The notes under the pieces: generated by a model
What the model was told of the DNA's origin: nothing
Seen by the model: the letters and a program-made list of their open reading frames with translations, nothing else
Database searches by the model: none
Made by a program: the position numbers and the translations under genes
In this document: piece by piece, positions 10,052-20,453 of the stretch
Numbering within the stretch: position 1 is the first letter of the stretch
How the letters are laid out: every line of letters starts with the position of its first letter
NCBI GenBank assembly: GCA_900541415.1
Contig: UQJP01000023.1
Span: forward strand, 3,544-67,543
DNA: 64,000 bases
Direction of reading: 5' to 3'
Source of the DNA: an uncultured Odoribacter sp.
GTDB lineage: Bacteria; Bacteroidota; Bacteroidia; Bacteroidales; Marinifilaceae

Positions 10052-11089
10052 ATGAAAAATATAGTTTTTACCCATGAAGCGGGGCGTGTTCTCCGGGAGA
10101 GTCTTCAAACCACGGCTCCCGACGGAGTGTTTGTTTTAGTGGACGATACGACATGGGAATACTGCCTTGATTTCTTTCAGGACTGCGGGTTTCAGGATTC
10201 CCATATTATTTCTGTTCCATCGGGGGAACATCATAAATCATTGGAAAGTGTTGCGCAAATCTGGTCGGTATTGAGCCGGCAAGGGGCTAAACGTAATTCC
10301 GTGTTGGTGAATATCGGTGGCGGACTGATAACGGATATTGGTGGTTTTGCCGCTTCGTGTTTTAAGCGGGGAATCCGGTGTATCAATATTCCTACCACGT
10401 TGTTGGCGCAGGTGGATGCGTCGGTGGGGGGTAAAACGGGGATTAATTTCAATGGATTGAAAAATGAAATCGGAACTTTTTCCATACCGGAATTGGTGAT
10501 TATCGATAACAGTTTCCTAAAAACTTTGCCGCAAAGGCAGGTGTTGTCAGGATATGCCGAAATGTTGAAACATGCCCTGCTGGCGGGAGAAGAGCCGCTT
10601 GCAGAGGTGATGGATGCCGATTTGGGACAGGCGGGCGAATCGGGTTTTCTGGAATTGATCCGTAAATCGGTGGCTGTGAAAGCGGCGGTTGTTGAGGCCG
10701 ACCCGAAAGAAAAAGGAATCCGGAAAGCCCTGAATTTCGGGCACACCATCGGGCATGCCATCGAAAGTGTGGCCATTGAACAGGATGTGGAGATATACCA
10801 CGGCGATGCTGTGGCTTACGGAATGGTGGTGGAATTATACCTTTCGATGAAAAAGCTGGGATTCGGGCAGAAGCATTATGAAGCTGTGCGCAGATTAGTG
10901 AAGGAAAGATTTCCCCAATACCGTCCGGTGGCCGATCCGGAGGAATTGTACCGCCTGATGTTGCATGATAAGAAAAACGAGCAAAATGGAGTGAATTTCA
11001 CGTTATTGCGTTGTCCCGGTGAGTTTGAGATCGATAATTATTGTAGTAAGGAAGAGATTGTGGACGCTTTGGAACAGCTGACCGTTTGA
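10052..11089 (+). CDS. aroB: 3-dehydroquinate synthase
   Basis: GGGLITDIGGF, PTTLLAQVDASVGGKTG, LNFGHTIGHA; TACTTTTG promoter at 10028-10035. Confidence 0.95.
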   Translation: MKNIVFTHEAGRVLRESLQTTAPDGVFVLVDDTTWEYCLDFFQDCGFQDSHIISVPSGEHHKSLESVAQIWSVLSRQGAKRNSVLVNIGGGLITDIGGFAASCFKRGIRCINIPTTLLAQVDASVGGKTGINFNGLKNEIGTFSIPELVIIDNSFLKTLPQRQVLSGYAEMLKHALLAGEEPLAEVMDADLGQAGESGFLELIRKSVAVKAAVVEADPKEKGIRKALNFGHTIGHAIESVAIEQDVEIYHGDAVAYGMVVELYLSMKKLGFGQKHYEAVRRLVKERFPQYRPVADPEELYRLMLHDKKNEQNGVNFTLLRCPGEFEIDNYCSKEEIVDALEQLTV

Positions 11090-11119
11090 CGCTGGTTTAC
11101 CCCTGCAAAGTTTGAATAA

Positions 11120-12337
11120 ATGAATATAACCTTGAATTTCAGGAATACGGTTTTGGATGGCGAAGTGCAACTTCCGGCTTCCAAAAGCATTTCCAATCGC
11201 GTGCTGATTATCAATGCGCTTTCCGATAGCGAACTGCCCGTGGAAAATCTGGCCGATTGCGATGATACGAATTCTATGCTCCGGGTGTTGAATTCTGACG
11301 ATAGTCATTTCAATATCGGGCATGCGGGTACGGCTATGCGTTTCCTGACCGCCTTTTTATCGCGGATTGTGGGATGCTGGGAAATTACCGGGTCGGAACG
11401 GATGCAGCAACGGCCGATAAGTGTTTTGGTGGATGCTTTGAATCGGTTGGGGGCGCGTATCGAATATATCGGGAAACCGGGATGTCCTCCCCTGCGGATA
11501 CAGGGGTCGTTGCTGATGGGGGGAGAGATCGAGATGCCGGCCTCGGTCAGCAGCCAGTATGTTTCGGCTTTGATGATGATCGCTCCCTATATGGCAAACG
11601 GCTTGAAGATTAAATTGGTGGGAAAGATTGTATCGCGTACTTATATTGAAATGACCCGTCATATCATGGAGGACTTCGGTGCGAAGGTCGCTTTCCGGGA
11701 ATCGGAAATCAGGGTGGAGCCTTGCGCTTATACCCCGGTGGCTTTCCGGGTGGAATCGGATTGGAGCGCAGCTTCTTATTTCTATGAATTGCTTGCTATT
11801 TCCGGGCAGGGCGAGATCCGGATGCCCGGATTGTTGCAGCATAGCACACAGGGGGATTCCGGGCAGGTAGGTGTGTGGGAAAAATTGGGAGTTTCTACCC
11901 GTTTTGAAAATGGCGGGGTATTGATTTCTGCGGGGAAACCGACTGTTTCCCGGTTGGAATACGATTTTGTGGAGATGCCCGATCTTGTACAGTCGTTTGC
12001 TGTGGCCTGCTGCGTGATGGGCGTACCTTTCCGTTTTACAGGGGTGGAAACTTTGCGGATTAAGGAAACAGACCGTTTGCAGGCTTTGGTCGACGAACTG
12101 GGAAAATTGGGATATGTCCTGAAAGCCGAAGGCGATAATGTTTTGAGTTGGGACGGAGCCCGTAAACAGGCGGATAAGCCGGAAATTGCCACTTATCACG
12201 ATCACCGTATGGCTATGGCATTCGCCCCTGCTGCCCTGAAACATCCGGATATGATTATCGTAGATAAAGAAGTTGTTACCAAATCTTTTCCAAAATATTG
12301 GGATGAATTACAAAAATTCTGTGGCGAACAGGATTAA
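11120..12337 (+). CDS. aroA: EPSP synthase (3-phosphoshikimate 1-carboxyvinyltransferase)
   Basis: SKSISNR, AGTAMRF, SSQYVSAL, KETDRL, DHRMAM motifs. Confidence 0.95.
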   Translation: MNITLNFRNTVLDGEVQLPASKSISNRVLIINALSDSELPVENLADCDDTNSMLRVLNSDDSHFNIGHAGTAMRFLTAFLSRIVGCWEITGSERMQQRPISVLVDALNRLGARIEYIGKPGCPPLRIQGSLLMGGEIEMPASVSSQYVSALMMIAPYMANGLKIKLVGKIVSRTYIEMTRHIMEDFGAKVAFRESEIRVEPCAYTPVAFRVESDWSAASYFYELLAISGQGEIRMPGLLQHSTQGDSGQVGVWEKLGVSTRFENGGVLISAGKPTVSRLEYDFVEMPDLVQSFAVACCVMGVPFRFTGVETLRIKETDRLQALVDELGKLGYVLKAEGDNVLSWDGARKQADKPEIATYHDHRMAMAFAPAALKHPDMIIVDKEVVTKSFPKYWDELQKFCGEQD

Positions 12338-12398
12338 AAATGTTGCCGGATGCCCGCACGGATTCGCGGGTAATTTATAAATCGACACATGAAATAAT

Positions 12399-13994
12399 AT
12401 GTTTGAAGGTCTTTTACAATCCTCTTATTTTGCTTTATTCCTGATCGTAGCCCTGGGATTTATCGTAGGCCGGATTAATTTTAAGGGCATTTCCTTAGAT
12501 GTTTCCGCCGTGATATTCATTGCTTTGCTGTTCGGGCATTTTGGCGTGATCATTCCCAAAGAGTTAGGGAATTTCGGATTGGTCTTGTTTATTTTTACCA
12601 TTGGTATACAGGCCGGGCCGGGTTTTTTCGATTCGTTTCGTTCCAAAGGGAAAACGTTAATCCTGATTACTTTGCTGATCGTGGGGTCGGCAAGTGTGAC
12701 CGGGGTGTTGTTCAAATATTTGCTGGGTATCGATACGCCCGATATTGTGGGGCTGATTGCCGGGGCTTTGACCAGTACGCCCGGTTTGGCCGCCGCTATC
12801 GATGCCACCGGATCGTCGGCGGCTTCCATTGCTTACGGTATCGCTTATCCCTTTGGGGTGATCGGAGTGATTCTTTTTGTGAAATTATTACCTAAGATAT
12901 TAGGAATAGATTTGCAGGCCGAAGAAAAAAGGCTGGAAAATCAGCATAAGGAGAAACATCCGGGCTTGAAAACGGCGACATTCCGTATTTCCAATACCAA
13001 TATTTTCGGAAAAACTTTAGTTCAATTGCAGGTGCGTACGATGACCGGGGCTGTGATTTCCCGCATCCAGCATGAAGGAGTGACCGGAATGCCTTCTTCT
13101 TCCACCGTCTTGTGTGAGGGCGATCTTGTGAAAGCCGTTGGAAACGATGCTGCGCTGGAGCAATTGGGATTACTGGTGGGAGAACGGGTGGCTGTCGATC
13201 TGCCTTTGGCCCAATCTTATGAGTTGCGTTTATTGCTGCTGACCAATAGAGAGGTGATCGGTAAGAGTTTGGGTGACCTGAATTTTCAGGGGAATTTCAA
13301 TTGCACGGTGACCCGTATCCGCCGAAGTGGTATCGATTTATCGCCTGAACCGGATTTGGTGTTGAAATTCGGGGATAAATTGACCGTAGTGGGGCATCAG
13401 GACAGTATTAAAGAATTGTCCGCTTTGCTGGGGAATGACGAAAAACGGTTGTCGGATACCGATTTCTTTCCCATTGCCATGGGGATTGTGTTGGGGGTAA
13501 TTTTCGGAAAGATCAATATTTCTTTTTCCGATAGTTTTTCTTTCTCGCCGGGGCTTACCGGAGGGGTGTTGATTGTGGCGTTGGTGCTTAGCGCGATAGG
13601 AAAAACTGGACCTATCATCTGGTCGATGTCCGGCTCTGCCAATCAGTTGCTGCGCCAGTTGGGATTGTTGCTGTTTCTGGCAGAAGTGGGTACGTCTGCG
13701 GGAGGAAATTTAGCCTCGACTTTTCAGGAAAGCGGATGGACACTTTTCGGGGTGGGTTTCGCTATCACTTTAGTGCCGATGATTATAGCCGTTTTGGTGG
13801 GGTATCTGGTTTTTAAGATTAATATTTTTGATTTGATGGGAACGATCACCGGGGGTATGACCAGTACGCCGGGACTGGCGGCGGCTGATTCTATGACGAG
13901 AAGTGGCGCGCCCAGTGTTGCCTATGCCACCGTTTACCCGATTGCTATGGTTTTCCTGATCGTGTTTATCCAGCTTATCGCTACTTTGGTATAG
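12399..13994 (+). CDS. AspT/YidE/YbjL family transporter with TrkA-C domains
   Basis: Duplicated GALTSTPGLAAA / GGMTSTPGLAAA and YGIAYP / YATVYP motifs. Confidence 0.9.
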   Translation: MFEGLLQSSYFALFLIVALGFIVGRINFKGISLDVSAVIFIALLFGHFGVIIPKELGNFGLVLFIFTIGIQAGPGFFDSFRSKGKTLILITLLIVGSASVTGVLFKYLLGIDTPDIVGLIAGALTSTPGLAAAIDATGSSAASIAYGIAYPFGVIGVILFVKLLPKILGIDLQAEEKRLENQHKEKHPGLKTATFRISNTNIFGKTLVQLQVRTMTGAVISRIQHEGVTGMPSSSTVLCEGDLVKAVGNDAALEQLGLLVGERVAVDLPLAQSYELRLLLLTNREVIGKSLGDLNFQGNFNCTVTRIRRSGIDLSPEPDLVLKFGDKLTVVGHQDSIKELSALLGNDEKRLSDTDFFPIAMGIVLGVIFGKINISFSDSFSFSPGLTGGVLIVALVLSAIGKTGPIIWSMSGSANQLLRQLGLLLFLAEVGTSAGGNLASTFQESGWTLFGVGFAITLVPMIIAVLVGYLVFKINIFDLMGTITGGMTSTPGLAAADSMTRSGAPSVAYATVYPIAMVFLIVFIQLIATLV

Positions 13995-13996
13995 TT

Positions 13997-14437
13997 ATGG
14001 AAATGTCCCACGAAACTTATATGCGTAAGGCACTCGAAGAAGCACGCCGGGCAGAGGAGGAAGGAGAAATCCCCGTGGGGGCTATTGTGGTGTGCCGGGG
14101 ACGGGTGATTGCCCGGGCACATAATGAAACGGAAAAATTGAACGATGTTACGGCTCATGCCGAGATGCTGGCCGTGACGTGTGCAACTGCCGCTTTAGGC
14201 GGGAAATACCTGAACGAATGTACGCTGTATGTGACAATGGAGCCTTGCGTGATGTGTGCCGGAGCTTTGGCGTGGGCGCAGTTGGGGGAATTGGTTTATG
14301 GGGCTTCCGATCCTCACCGGGGGTATAGCCGTTTAATCCCGCCTGTATTGCATCCCCGTACGAAAATCGTGTCGGGAGTATTGGAGGAAGAATGCGGCTC
14401 TTTGGTGAAAGATTTTTTTCAAAGAAGGAGGAAATAA
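13997..14437 (+). CDS. tadA: tRNA adenosine deaminase (nucleoside deaminase)
   Basis: EIPVGA, AHAE, EPCVMC zinc-binding motifs. Confidence 0.9.
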   Translation: MEMSHETYMRKALEEARRAEEEGEIPVGAIVVCRGRVIARAHNETEKLNDVTAHAEMLAVTCATAALGGKYLNECTLYVTMEPCVMCAGALAWAQLGELVYGASDPHRGYSRLIPPVLHPRTKIVSGVLEEECGSLVKDFFQRRRK

Positions 14438-14609
14438 TCCGTTCCCTTTTGGATTGAAGAAAATCCCGGCTGGCTGTGAACGGGCTATTCTCAATCGTTT
14501 GAGTATATTATTGTTTGTGTTGCCGCCCAAAATATTTGGGGGTGATTTATTTAATTCATAACTTTATCATCAAATTTTGATAAAAGCGTATAATATAAAA
14601 AAAATCCTT

Positions 14610-15803
14610 ATGCAGACAATTGAAAATTACAATTTCAAAGGAAAAAAAGCTTTAATCCGTGTGGATTTTAATGTGCCTTTGAACGATAAATTTGAAATTA
14701 CCGACGATACTCGTATGCGGGCGGCTGTTCCTACCATTAAAAAGGTATTGGCCGGAGGTGGTTCCGTGATTTTGATGTCACATCTGGGACGTCCGAAAAG
14801 TGGTCCCGAAGATAAATTTTCTTTGAAACACATCCAGAAACATCTGGAAAAGCTGTTGGGTACTCCGGTGAAATTTGCTGATGACTGTATCGGCGAAAGC
14901 GCAAAAAAAGAGGCTGCTGCATTAAAACCGGGTGAAGTGCTTTTGCTTGAAAACCTCCGCTTCTATAAAGAAGAAGAAAAAGGTGACGAAGCATTTGCCG
15001 GTAAGTTAGCTCAATTGGGTGACGTATGGATTAACGATGCTTTCGGTACAGCCCACCGGGCACACGCTTCTACGGCTGTGATCGCTAAATTCTTCCCTAA
15101 CGATAAGCTGTTTGGCTATGTTATGCAGGGAGAGCTGGATAGCGTGGATAAAGTGATGAAAAACCCGGAACGTCCGTTTACGGCAATCATGGGTGGATCG
15201 AAAGTTTCTTCTAAGATCGATATTATCATGAACCTGATGGATAAGGTGGATAACCTGATTCTGGGCGGTGGTATGACTTATACTTTCAAAAAAGCTTTGG
15301 GCGGACACGTGGGTAGTTCTATCTGCGAGGAAGACAAACTTGACCTGGCTCTGGATATTATGAAAACCGCTAAAGAAAAAGGCGTGAATTTGGTATTGTC
15401 CGATCAGGCTGTTATCGGAGATGCGTTCAGCAATGACGCAAACACGAAACTTTGCGACCCGATGAATATTCCTGACGGTTGGGAAGGTATGGATATAGGC
15501 CCTGCAACCCGTGAAAGATTTGCAGAGATCATCGAGGCTTCAAAAACAATCCTTTGGAACGGTCCGGTGGGTGTTTTCGAAATGCCTAAGTTTGCAGAAG
15601 GAACAAAAGCTATTGCCGATGCTATCGTAAAAGCAACTGAAAAGGGTGCTTTCTCATTGATCGGTGGTGGTGATTCGGTGGCTGCTATCAATCAGTTCGG
15701 TTTAGCTGACAAGGTTAGCTATGTTTCAACCGGTGGCGGTGCATTGTTGGAATACATCGAAGGAAAAGAACTTCCGGGTATCACTGCTATTAGAGGAAAA
15801 TAG
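14610..15803 (+). CDS. pgk: Phosphoglycerate kinase
   Basis: [36 protein letters not shown] motifs. Confidence 0.97.
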   Translation: MQTIENYNFKGKKALIRVDFNVPLNDKFEITDDTRMRAAVPTIKKVLAGGGSVILMSHLGRPKSGPEDKFSLKHIQKHLEKLLGTPVKFADDCIGESAKKEAAALKPGEVLLLENLRFYKEEEKGDEAFAGKLAQLGDVWINDAFGTAHRAHASTAVIAKFFPNDKLFGYVMQGELDSVDKVMKNPERPFTAIMGGSKVSSKIDIIMNLMDKVDNLILGGGMTYTFKKALGGHVGSSICEEDKLDLALDIMKTAKEKGVNLVLSDQAVIGDAFSNDANTKLCDPMNIPDGWEGMDIGPATRERFAEIIEASKTILWNGPVGVFEMPKFAEGTKAIADAIVKATEKGAFSLIGGGDSVAAINQFGLADKVSYVSTGGGALLEYIEGKELPGITAIRGK

Positions 15804-15829
15804 TAGGAAATTATTTTATATCTATGTGG

Positions 15830-15859
15830 CGGCTTCCGGTTATCTGGAAGCCGTTTTTT
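15830..15859 (+). terminator. Intrinsic terminator of pgk
   Basis: CGGCTTCCGG-ttat-CTGGAAGCCG followed by TTTTTT. Confidence 0.8.
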
Positions 15860-15977
15860 ATTTTCCGGCTGGGCTTTATATCTCTGTTTTTGTCAGGTAT
15901 TCAAAACAATTTGTCATGTATGCTTGTCTTTTTGAGTTGTATTCTTTACATTTGATCCGAATTAAAAATATTAGATT

Positions 15978-16436
15978 ATGAAGAACAGTTATTTATTTCC
16001 TACTTATTTTAGAAAAATAGGTTGGTACATGTTCCCCTTTTGGCTTTTATTTTCTATTTATGTTTTGTATATAAAAAATGGTTTAGGCTGGGATGTAAAA
16101 ATGTGGGCACTTGTCTCCGATTGGAAATGGTTCGGTTGTAGCATACAGGACATTTCCGATGAGATTGCTTTTACAGGGATAACTCTTTCTTTGCTTTTTA
16201 TCGCTTTTGCTAAAAGAAAAGATGAGGACGAATACATTTCCCGAATACGGCTCGAATCTTTGATTTGGGCGGTGATTGTCAATTATGTTATACTGATTGT
16301 GGCCACCTGGCTGGTTTACGGATGTCCTTATTTTAATGTGATGATGTATAATATGTTTACGATATTGATTTTATTTTGCATCAAATTCCACGTAGCATTG
16401 TATAAATTGAAAAAATCTATACGTAATGAAGAATAA
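15978..16436 (+). CDS. Hypothetical 4-TM membrane protein
   Basis: Hydrophobic segments around an EDEYISRIRLESL motif; overlaps the downstream HTH gene. Confidence 0.8.
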   Translation: MKNSYLFPTYFRKIGWYMFPFWLLFSIYVLYIKNGLGWDVKMWALVSDWKWFGCSIQDISDEIAFTGITLSLLFIAFAKRKDEDEYISRIRLESLIWAVIVNYVILIVATWLVYGCPYFNVMMYNMFTILILFCIKFHVALYKLKKSIRNEE

Positions 16437-16626
16437 TATCAGGGTTGAACGGGCTATTCGAAGAATTACGCAACAAGAGCTGGCTATTGCGATCGGGGTT
16501 AGCCGGCAGACGATAAATGCGATAGAACTTTGTAAATATATTCCTTCCACCGTTCTCGCTTTAAAGATGGCCCGGTTCTTCCATAAGTCGGTAGAGGAAA
16601 TATTTCAATTGGACGACGACGATTGA
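16426..16626 (+). CDS. XRE-family helix-turn-helix regulator
   Basis: ITQQELAIAIGVSRQTINAIE...PSTVLALKMA HTH_3 signature. Confidence 0.9.
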   Translation: MKNNIRVERAIRRITQQELAIAIGVSRQTINAIELCKYIPSTVLALKMARFFHKSVEEIFQLDDDD

Positions 16627-16629
16627 GCT

Positions 16630-17301
16630 TTACCGCACTAAAGTGCGGAAACGGCTTTGTTTGCCGAATAAGACAAATATATCGTTTGGACTGACAATAA
16701 AATCTTCCGGCGGATTTTCGATAAGCTCCATAGAGGGTTGTAGCCTGCCTTCTTCCTGCGGATAATGCTTGATTGCAATCAGTTTCAGGGAAAAATCCTT
16801 TTCCAGTTGTATATCGCTCAGTTTTTGTCCGACGAAAGGGGTGGGTAATTTCATTTCATATATATAATAGTCGGGAGTCACCCGGTAGGAATAGATGGAA
16901 GTCACCAGTTCCGTTTTATTGGCGAAGAAATCCGCATACTCCTTTTCCAGCTGGATGATCTCGGTGATTCCCATAGCCTGTAAAACTGTTTTATGCAGCT
17001 CCGATATTGCTCTGGCTACGATCCGTTTTGCGTGGTTTTGCTTCAGGATGGCCACCGTCAGTATGGAAGCACCTGCGTCCTTTCCCAGCGTGACAATGCA
17101 AAGGTCGGCATCTTTCAGGGGTAAGTTTTTGGCAGCCTGCTCGTTGTTGATGTCCAGGCAGATCGTATTTTTGATACTGTCTTTGTAGAGATTCACTTTT
17201 TCTATGTCTTTATCCACTCCGATCACTTCATACCCCATGGCAGTCAGGCGCTGAGCTAAAGCCATTCCGAAATTTCCCAGACCGATGATAATACATTTCA
17301 T
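16630..17301 (-). CDS. trkA: Trk/Ktr potassium uptake regulatory subunit (TrkA/KtrA)
   Basis: IIGLGNFG Rossmann motif; RCK N- and C-terminal domains. Confidence 0.88.
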   Translation of the reverse strand: MKCIIIGLGNFGMALAQRLTAMGYEVIGVDKDIEKVNLYKDSIKNTICLDINNEQAAKNLPLKDADLCIVTLGKDAGASILTVAILKQNHAKRIVARAISELHKTVLQAMGITEIIQLEKEYADFFANKTELVTSIYSYRVTPDYYIYEMKLPTPFVGQKLSDIQLEKDFSLKLIAIKHYPQEEGRLQPSMELIENPPEDFIVSPNDIFVLFGKQSRFRTLVR

Positions 17302-17491
17302 ATCATTTATAATTTTCTTTTACAAATTCTTTGTGATTCTTACGCTTCTGTCTTTTTACGGATGTCCTGCTGGCAAAAGCTTTCCCGGCTTTATCCGGTA
17401 GAGTTGAGCCGTTTTCGGTTTCGCGAGCTCGCCGGGTGAGACACCGTTTTTGTTTATACGGGGTTTCCGGTGGCTTCGTTCCGGTGACGGT

Positions 17492-19300
17492 TTAAAGAAT
17501 AACGGTGTCATCGGCATAAGTGTAGGTTTTTGCCGGTTGCTGGTGGAAGATACCCGAAAGTATCGTAATCAGCCCGACCCGCCCCACAAACATGGTGATG
17601 CTGATTATAATTTTGCCCGTATCGCTGAGGGTGTGTGTGAAATCAAGGGTTAAACCCACCGTGCTTAGGGCGGACGTCACTTCGAACAATACCTGTGTAA
17701 CCGTTCCGTGGGGATCGGTGATGGAAACGAGAGTGGTCGCTATGCCGATCCAAAGAATAGAGAGGAAAATGATCGCTCCGGCCCGGTTCACATTTTCCGG
17801 GGTGAGCTGGCGGTTGGCTATTTCCACCTGCTTTTTGCCCCGGATTACGCTATACATGCTTTTGAGGGCTACGGCGAATGTGGTTGTTTTTATTCCTCCT
17901 CCGGTGGACATCGGGGAGGCCCCGATCCACATCAGGATCAGGGTTAAAAAGATCGTCTGGGGCAGAAAGGAAGACAAAGGGAGATTGTTGAACCCTGCCG
18001 TCCTGGGGGTTACCGCTGCAAAAAATGAAGTGGCGAGTTTTTCGCCGGAAGATAAATCCTTTAGGGTGTTGTTCGATTCAAACACGAAAAATAGAATTGT
18101 CCCGCCCACCAGCAAAACCAATGTGAAAGCGATGACAATGCGGGTAGTGGTGCTTACAATCCTGACGTGTGAGGGCATCCGCCGGGACGAGCCTGTCAGC
18201 TTATAGAACAGATTCCGTATTTTATGGTTGAGCAGCCTGCTATAATTGAATACAATTGGAAATCCGATTCCGCCTAAAATAATCAAGGCTGCGATCCAGC
18301 TTTGGAAACCATAGAGGTTTCTCACGATCGGGGTACATAGGTTATCCGGCAAGGTGGAAAATCCGGCGTTGCAGAAAGCGGAAATGGAATGGAAAAGGGA
18401 AAAGAAAAATTTATTCGGGATAAGGCTGTTATTCAATTCCCTGATCTGTGTCCAGATCAGATAAGTGCCTGCTGCCTCTATAAATAAAGTGGTGAATAAG
18501 GTGTAGAATAAAGTCCTGAAAATATTGTTCATGGACTCTTCATTTAAAATGCTTTTCAATGCCATTTGATCCTGAAAAGAAGTTTGGCTGAAAAAAGACA
18601 TGGCAATGAAACTGGTGAAAGTCATCACCCCGATCCCTCCGATTTGGATGAGCGATATTAAAATGATTTGTCCCGTTACCGTTAAGGTGGAGGAAATGTC
18701 CACCACGGTCAGCCCTGTTACGCAGACCGCGCTGGCGGAGGTGAACAGGGCATCTATAAACTCCAGGTCTCCACGGTGTGCCCTGGGAAGCATCAATAAA
18801 AACGCTCCCAGCAGGATGATGAACAGGAAGCTGTAAGCAAACATCAATTCGGGTTTCAGGTGGCGTTGCAGGGTGGCTACAATTTGTTTCGAAACCTGTA
18901 CCAGGCTGATAAAGATCAATAATATATAGCTGATGATGTGGTTGATCTTATCCAGTATCGGGATGTTTCTTTCTTCCAGTATGCCGTTGATGACAACGAT
19001 CCCCACGAGGGAGAGGATGACCACTACTTCTATCCAAAAACCTTTTTCGTGCCGGAATCCTTTGGGATTTAATAATATACGGATTATTCCGGTGTAAAGG
19101 AATATTTGTAGAAAGACCTGGTAAGCGACAAAGATTTGTCGGCGTGTTTCGGGAGTGAATCTGAAACCGAATTCATACACCAATAAGCAAAGGGCGGCCA
19201 TAGAAGTCAGAAGCGAAACGATCGTGGCTAATTTTTGAGGTAACAGCCGGAGAAACCGGATACCCGACCAAAACCTGAATGTTATTTCCTGCAGACGCAT
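17492..19300 (-). CDS. trkH: Trk/Ktr potassium uptake membrane subunit (TrkH/KtrB)
   Basis: Four pore loops: SAVCVTGL, AFCNAGF, RTAGF, LSTVGL. Confidence 0.92.
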   Translation of the reverse strand: MRLQEITFRFWSGIRFLRLLPQKLATIVSLLTSMAALCLLVYEFGFRFTPETRRQIFVAYQVFLQIFLYTGIIRILLNPKGFRHEKGFWIEVVVILSLVGIVVINGILEERNIPILDKINHIISYILLIFISLVQVSKQIVATLQRHLKPELMFAYSFLFIILLGAFLLMLPRAHRGDLEFIDALFTSASAVCVTGLTVVDISSTLTVTGQIILISLIQIGGIGVMTFTSFIAMSFFSQTSFQDQMALKSILNEESMNNIFRTLFYTLFTTLFIEAAGTYLIWTQIRELNNSLIPNKFFFSLFHSISAFCNAGFSTLPDNLCTPIVRNLYGFQSWIAALIILGGIGFPIVFNYSRLLNHKIRNLFYKLTGSSRRMPSHVRIVSTTTRIVIAFTLVLLVGGTILFFVFESNNTLKDLSSGEKLATSFFAAVTPRTAGFNNLPLSSFLPQTIFLTLILMWIGASPMSTGGGIKTTTFAVALKSMYSVIRGKKQVEIANRQLTPENVNRAGAIIFLSILWIGIATTLVSITDPHGTVTQVLFEVTSALSTVGLTLDFTHTLSDTGKIIISITMFVGRVGLITILSGIFHQQPAKTYTYADDTVIL

Positions 19301-19896
19301 ACTGTTGTCGGTTTTTGAGCATAATCCTCCCTGTTTTTACAGGGTATATATTAGAACGGTAACGGGAATGAAAAAGTTATTGAAGTCAGGGAAAAGGTAT
19401 CTTGTTTTTCGGTTTGCATTCAGGATTTACTGTTAAAGATGGATGCTGTTTCTGTTTCTTTTCAAGGATTTCCTTTTCAAAGGTGAAATGAGGAAAGATA
19501 AGAATGCTTTTTCTCCGGTTATTTTAGGATGGAAAGAGGGAGGAATGTTATGTCCGGAAGTTTAGGAGGTTGTTCAAACAATCGATGTGTAGTGTGCTTT
19601 TGTATTTTCCGGTAATTCCCATGAAAGCATAATTATGTTAGAGGGACAAGATTCTCCGCGGCAGCAAAGAATCATCGTAAACATTGAATTTTTACTAAAA
19701 TTTCCTCAGATAAAAGAACTGTGTGGTTAAAGTGTAGGCGTTGTGTTTTTTAATTTCTTTATTTGGATTTGTTATGTGTTTATGAGTAAGTGTGGAATTA
19801 TTGTTATAAAATTTTGCTATGTTTTGTGTTTGGATAAATGGGCTATTAAATAGTGTTTGGTTATTTGTCTTTAGCGACTGGAGGGAGGGGGTATGC

Positions 19897-20265
19897 CTAT
19901 TTCATGAATACAAAATATACTGCCATCACTAAACATACTGCTGCTGCAAAGTGATTCCATTTTAGGGTCTCACCTTGAAAAAAAATCATAGTAAAGATGG
20001 CAAAAATAATGAGGGTTATTACTTCCTGAATGACCTTCAATTGTACAAGTGTAAACGGTCCGCCGTTGCCTTGAAAACCGATACGGTTACCCGGAATTTG
20101 TAGTGAATATTCAAAAAATGCCATTGACCACGATAATAGAATAACTCCAATTAGCGGCCAATTATTAATAATCTTCATTTCCTGCAATTTTAAATGTCCG
20201 TACCAGGCAAAGGTCATGAAAATGTTGGAGGCGATCAGCAGGCCGATGGTATATAATCCCTTCAT
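19897..20265 (-). CDS. Small DMT-superfamily membrane protein (DUF486-like)
   Basis: SNIFMTFAWYGHLK, FFEYSLQIPGNR, QLKVIQEVITL motifs. Confidence 0.85.
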   Translation of the reverse strand: MKGLYTIGLLIASNIFMTFAWYGHLKLQEMKIINNWPLIGVILLSWSMAFFEYSLQIPGNRIGFQGNGGPFTLVQLKVIQEVITLIIFAIFTMIFFQGETLKWNHFAAAVCLVMAVYFVFMK

Positions 20266-20389
20266 GTTTGAGTATGGGTAAAGTTTTAATGGTACATGGT
20301 AAAAAGGTCTCCCTTTTCCGGGTGCAAAAATATATATTTTCTGTTTCTGCTAATTCGTTTGAACCATTTGTTTTTCGTGTTTCCTTTCT

Positions 20390-20397
20390 TATCTTTG
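20390..20397 (+). promoter_or_regulatory. Bacteroidetes -7 promoter element for the ATPase-DUF4435 locus
   Basis: TATCTTTG ~57 nt upstream of ATG 20454. Confidence 0.55.
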
Positions 20398-20453
20398 TAT
20401 AAGACAATGCCCATACGGGAAAGGAGCTGTTTTTTTATTTTAATTATGCCTTT

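Noticed and set aside
11357..12244. 295-aa minus-strand ORF
   Set aside because: Fully antisense to aroA with no motifs; the same applies to the other shadow ORFs over gdhA, trkH, tyrS and the tape measure gene.
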